DNA from: an uncultured Fibrobacterota bacterium | Lineage (GTDB): Bacteria > Fibrobacterota > Chitinivibrionia > Chitinivibrionales > FEN-1185 | NCBI GenBank assembly: GCA_963753345.1 | Contig: CAVWBU010000027.1 | Span: 64,001 to 128,000, forward strand | Length of the DNA: 64,000 bases | Reading direction: 5' to 3' | Part shown: positions 61,189 through 64,000 of the stretch, piece after piece | Layout: each line of letters opens with the position of its first letter | Numbering within the stretch: position 1 is the stretch's first letter | Position numbers and translations under genes: made by a program | Notes under the pieces: model-generated | Told to the model about the DNA's origin: nothing | Seen by the model: only the letters and a program-made list of their open reading frames with translations | The model's database searches: none

Positions 61189-62058
61189 TTACCTCAGAAC
61201 CGCGTAGTTCTTCCGGAATTTCCACAGGGGAGTGCCTTTTGCAAAGTGCGGCATCACGTAGCCGCGCGCCAGAGCGTTTGACAACGGTGGTCTGCTGATC
61301 GCACGCTCGATGACGTCATCAACGGAATCGTACGAGTAGATGCCCCACACCGGCACGATGCCCCGTCCGGCATGCCTGCGGCGGTTCGCGTACGAAGTCG
61401 CCGCAGTGTAGCCTGCCTCGCGCGCGGCATTCCACACACGGCTGTTCCATTGACCGAAGGGAAACGACAACGAAGTAATGGGCTTGCCCGTTATGTCTTC
61501 CAGAATACTTTTCGAACGCGAAAGTTCGTCGCGGAGATCGGCGTCGCACAGCAGGGTGAGGTTTGCATGGGTCACGGTGTGACTGCCGATCTCGTGTCCC
61601 AGTCCAGCGATTTCGCGCAGTTGTTCTTTTGTCAAATGGGTTTGCGGGGGCAGCGTGTCCCACGTCGAGGGCCTGCCGAGATATCCGGCAACAGGGAAAA
61701 CAGTCACCTTGTATCCATGTTCCTGAAGAAGCGGGAGTGCGGCCGTGTGAAAACTGTCGAAACCGTCGTCAAAGGTCATGACAATGGTAGGAGGATGGTC
61801 GACGCCTGACCATTCCGGGCCCGCCGCCTCGGAGACCGTGGCAAATGTTGCGTTCTCCTGTTTGAGAACGCGGAGAAGCGCCGCAAACTTGACGGGGGAA
61901 TAGAAGGAACAATGGGGCTGTGGTTTTTCCAAGATGGTGTGCAGGAGGAGGCCGACAGGACCTGGACGGGAGGGACGTGCGCCGAACAACAGGAGCGCGG
62001 CAGTTCCTAGACACAGGGGAAACACCAGAAAAGCGATTGCGATATACGCTGCCGTCAT
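61189..62058 (-). CDS. Polysaccharide deacetylase (CE4/NodB)
   Basis: MTFDDG, GHEIGSHTVTH, SFPFG; N-terminal TM. Confidence 0.9.
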   Translation of the reverse strand: MTAAYIAIAFLVFPLCLGTAALLLFGARPSRPGPVGLLLHTILEKPQPHCSFYSPVKFAALLRVLKQENATFATVSEAAGPEWSGVDHPPTIVMTFDDGFDSFHTAALPLLQEHGYKVTVFPVAGYLGRPSTWDTLPPQTHLTKEQLREIAGLGHEIGSHTVTHANLTLLCDADLRDELSRSKSILEDITGKPITSLSFPFGQWNSRVWNAAREAGYTAATSYANRRRHAGRGIVPVWGIYSYDSVDDVIERAISRPPLSNALARGYVMPHFAKGTPLWKFRKNYAVLR

Positions 62059-62117
62059 AGGTTGTGGAACCGGACAAAACAGATACGGTGGTGCTATAAC
62101 GGGAACCGGCGCACCCG

Positions 62118-63008
62118 CTACGAACCGTTTCGGGAGCGGTTGAAAAAGCGCGAAAGAATGCCCTTTTCATTCTTGATTTTTTGAAAAGCGGCCTTTCCTT
62201 TTGCCTTGTTCTTAAGGTAGTTCATTGAAGTGAAGTACAGGTATTCGGTGTTGCTTGGCGGAGGAATTCTTCTGAGGACCGCTGGCGACAGCGATCGCGT
62301 GCGCCCTGTTTCGGCATGGGGGACCGTGGCCAGAACTTCGTCCGGAGCGCGCGTTCGGGAAGGAGGTTCTTCCTTCTGGACCGAAGCAAACTCAAGATGC
62401 TTGGTTGCCGGCGGCGGCGGAATAATCCGGGCGGTTTCCCGCGCGCGGGTCTTCTGGCCGCCGCCCGTGGCGGTCGACGGAACGGCCTCGCCTTCCGTAG
62501 ACTCAGGACCGTTTTTCTGCCCGTCAAAGAACGAGTCGAAACCCTGTTCGACATCATCCTGTGAGAGCGAGGGCATCGCCATGGGCCCCTGAAACAGGTT
62601 TTCCATGTTGCGGCTGATCGCGGCAAGCGCCTCCTGCAGCAAGCCGACATGTCGCTCGATGCCGGCGTTTACCGTGGAGAGTTGCACCGACCTGTCGAAT
62701 ATTGTCGCAAGAATCGTGTTGTCGTCGACGAGCGAAATAAAAAGGTTTTTCGAATTCCCGCTGTGCAACATCGTTCCGAACTCGTGCTCGCCGATGAGGC
62801 CGGCAATCGCCTGCGTCGAAGCAAAACTGCCCACGATGAGGGCGGCGAGCGCAGACATGTCGAACATCGCAAGCGTGCCTTGATGGGCGAGAAGGCGCGT
62901 GTCCTTGTTGATGAGGAGCGCCGAAATGATCTTGGTTTCGCTAACAAACGCCTGCAGGATGGAATTAAGCCTGTCAATGTCTTCCTTGTAAAGAATTACA
63001 TCGCTCAT
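62118..63008 (-). CDS. mglB: MglB-like roadblock/LC7 protein with long C-terminal extension
   Basis: ILYKEDIDRL, LLINKD, ALAAL..GSFASTQAIAGLIGEHEF..MLHSG, ATIFD align by eye to Myxococcus MglB. Confidence 0.85.
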   Translation of the reverse strand: MSDVILYKEDIDRLNSILQAFVSETKIISALLINKDTRLLAHQGTLAMFDMSALAALIVGSFASTQAIAGLIGEHEFGTMLHSGNSKNLFISLVDDNTILATIFDRSVQLSTVNAGIERHVGLLQEALAAISRNMENLFQGPMAMPSLSQDDVEQGFDSFFDGQKNGPESTEGEAVPSTATGGGQKTRARETARIIPPPPATKHLEFASVQKEEPPSRTRAPDEVLATVPHAETGRTRSLSPAVLRRIPPPSNTEYLYFTSMNYLKNKAKGKAAFQKIKNEKGILSRFFNRSRNGS

Positions 63009-64000
63009 TGAGGTTTGTCTTTGTTGAGAAATTTTGAGAGAAAGCTGCCCTGCGGTTTTGACTTGGGGTTGACGGGACGCTTAATTTTCTTGCGCTGACC
63101 TGTATTGACAGAGGTGAAAAACAGCGGCTGTTCTCCGTCGGAAGCCGCTGGAGCTTCCTGGACGTCGTCTGCTTCGGCTTCCTGATATTCCTGGGCCTGC
63201 TCGTCGGATGCGGGCGCGTTGTAAACGTCATAACTGCCTTTTTGAGGCGCGGGGAAGGTGTTCCGCTGCTGCTGGGCGGGAGAGGAGAGCGCATCCTGCG
63301 GCTGCTGCGCCTGGGGCGGCTGCGAGGAAGATTGGAGCGTCCGCAGCCTGCGTTGTTTCTCCTCTATTTCACGCTGGTATTTTTCTATTTCAAGATCGAG
63401 CTCTGTCTTGCTGTCAACCGGCGGTTGCGGCGCGACCGGAGCCGGTTGCGGGGCAGGGGACGATTGGGCCATGGGCTCCAGGTCGATCGTTCCATAGTCG
63501 TACCCGTAATCCTGGCGCGGCGCCTGCGGCTTTTGGGGCTGCGGCGGAGGAGCGACAGGACGGGGCGCGGGCTGCGCCTGAGGCTGCGGACGGAAGGTCT
63601 GCTGAGGCTGCGGCGCAGCCTGAAAAATGTCCTGCTGATATTGTTGCGGAGCGGGAGACGGACGCTGCGGCATAAACGGCGTCTGCTGCTGCGGTCTTTG
63701 CGGAGGAGGTACAGCGTACGGTTCCGCTGCAGGCCGCTGCTGCGGTATCGGTGCCGCCTGAATCGGCGGGCGTTGAACCGGAGCCGCTCCCAAGGAAGGC
63801 CTGGAATACTTTTTGTTAAGACTGTCGATCACGATCTTACCGATGATCTTGAGGGATTCGAAAACGCCTTTTCCCTGGTTCGCCACCGCTTCGTTCCACG
63901 GGTAGCCGAACCTGTTGAGCGCCTTTTCGATGGTCTCCACCGGTAGAGCATTCGGAAGATCGCGCTTGTTATACTGAATTACGATGGGAATGCTGCCTTG
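63005..64000 (-). CDS. mglA: MglA-like small GTPase with Pro/Gln-rich C-terminal extension (5' part outside window)
   Basis: IPIVIQYNKRDLPNALPV (G4) and EAVANQGKGVFESLK (G5 region); adjacent to mglB. Confidence 0.85.
   Translation of the reverse strand, partial: QGSIPIVIQYNKRDLPNALPVETIEKALNRFGYPWNEAVANQGKGVFESLKIIGKIVIDSLNKKYSRPSLGAAPVQRPPIQAAPIPQQRPAAEPYAVPPPQRPQQQTPFMPQRPSPAPQQYQQDIFQAAPQPQQTFRPQPQAQPAPRPVAPPPQPQKPQAPRQDYGYDYGTIDLEPMAQSSPAPQPAPVAPQPPVDSKTELDLEIEKYQREIEEKQRRLRTLQSSSQPPQAQQPQDALSSPAQQQRNTFPAPQKGSYDVYNAPASDEQAQEYQEAEADDVQEAPAASDGEQPLFFTSVNTGQRKKIKRPVNPKSKPQGSFLSKFLNKDKPQ

Overview
GC-rich bacterial chromosomal window, probably from an anaerobic FCB-group organism. A Fibrobacterota/Chitinivibrionia-like origin is inferred from the PorV/PorQ-type barrels, proteins with T9SS/FlgD-like C-terminal domains, GldAFG-like ABC genes and an Hc1 histone-like protein. 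Contents, left to right: partial amidase, LMW-PTP, tyrS and a frameshifted DUF362/CTD protein; a TetR-TolC-MFP-RND efflux operon plus a DrrAB-type ABC pair; mtgA and a GT2; a 14.5-kb aryl-acid cluster (amidohydrolase, iorAB, three paaK paralogs, Liv-type ABC, ACT protein, putative beta-barrel); rex-serC-serA; an envelope trio (propeller/LysM-expanded PorV, catalytically degenerate M6-like FG-GAP CTD protein, gluzincin-PD40-barrel protein); icd, tRNA-Gly(CCC), GldA/F/G-DUF4340, Hc1, sppA and mltD; a small Cys-rich gene, a second PorV, EF-G2, mtnA, a degenerate CSP and a polysaccharide deacetylase; and an mglA/mglB pair. Top leads: (1) MglA and MglB both carry long disordered tails ending in the same motif plus a MinD-like amphipathic end; (2) a tandem NrdR-box pair over a consensus sigma70 promoter drives a non-RNR 77-aa Cys-rich gene; (3) the PorV/dead-M6/gluzincin-barrel operon. 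Five genes are broken by single-base indels, most likely assembly errors. No CRISPR array, rRNA, transposase or prophage was seen. All calls come from motif recognition by eye; no database searches were run.
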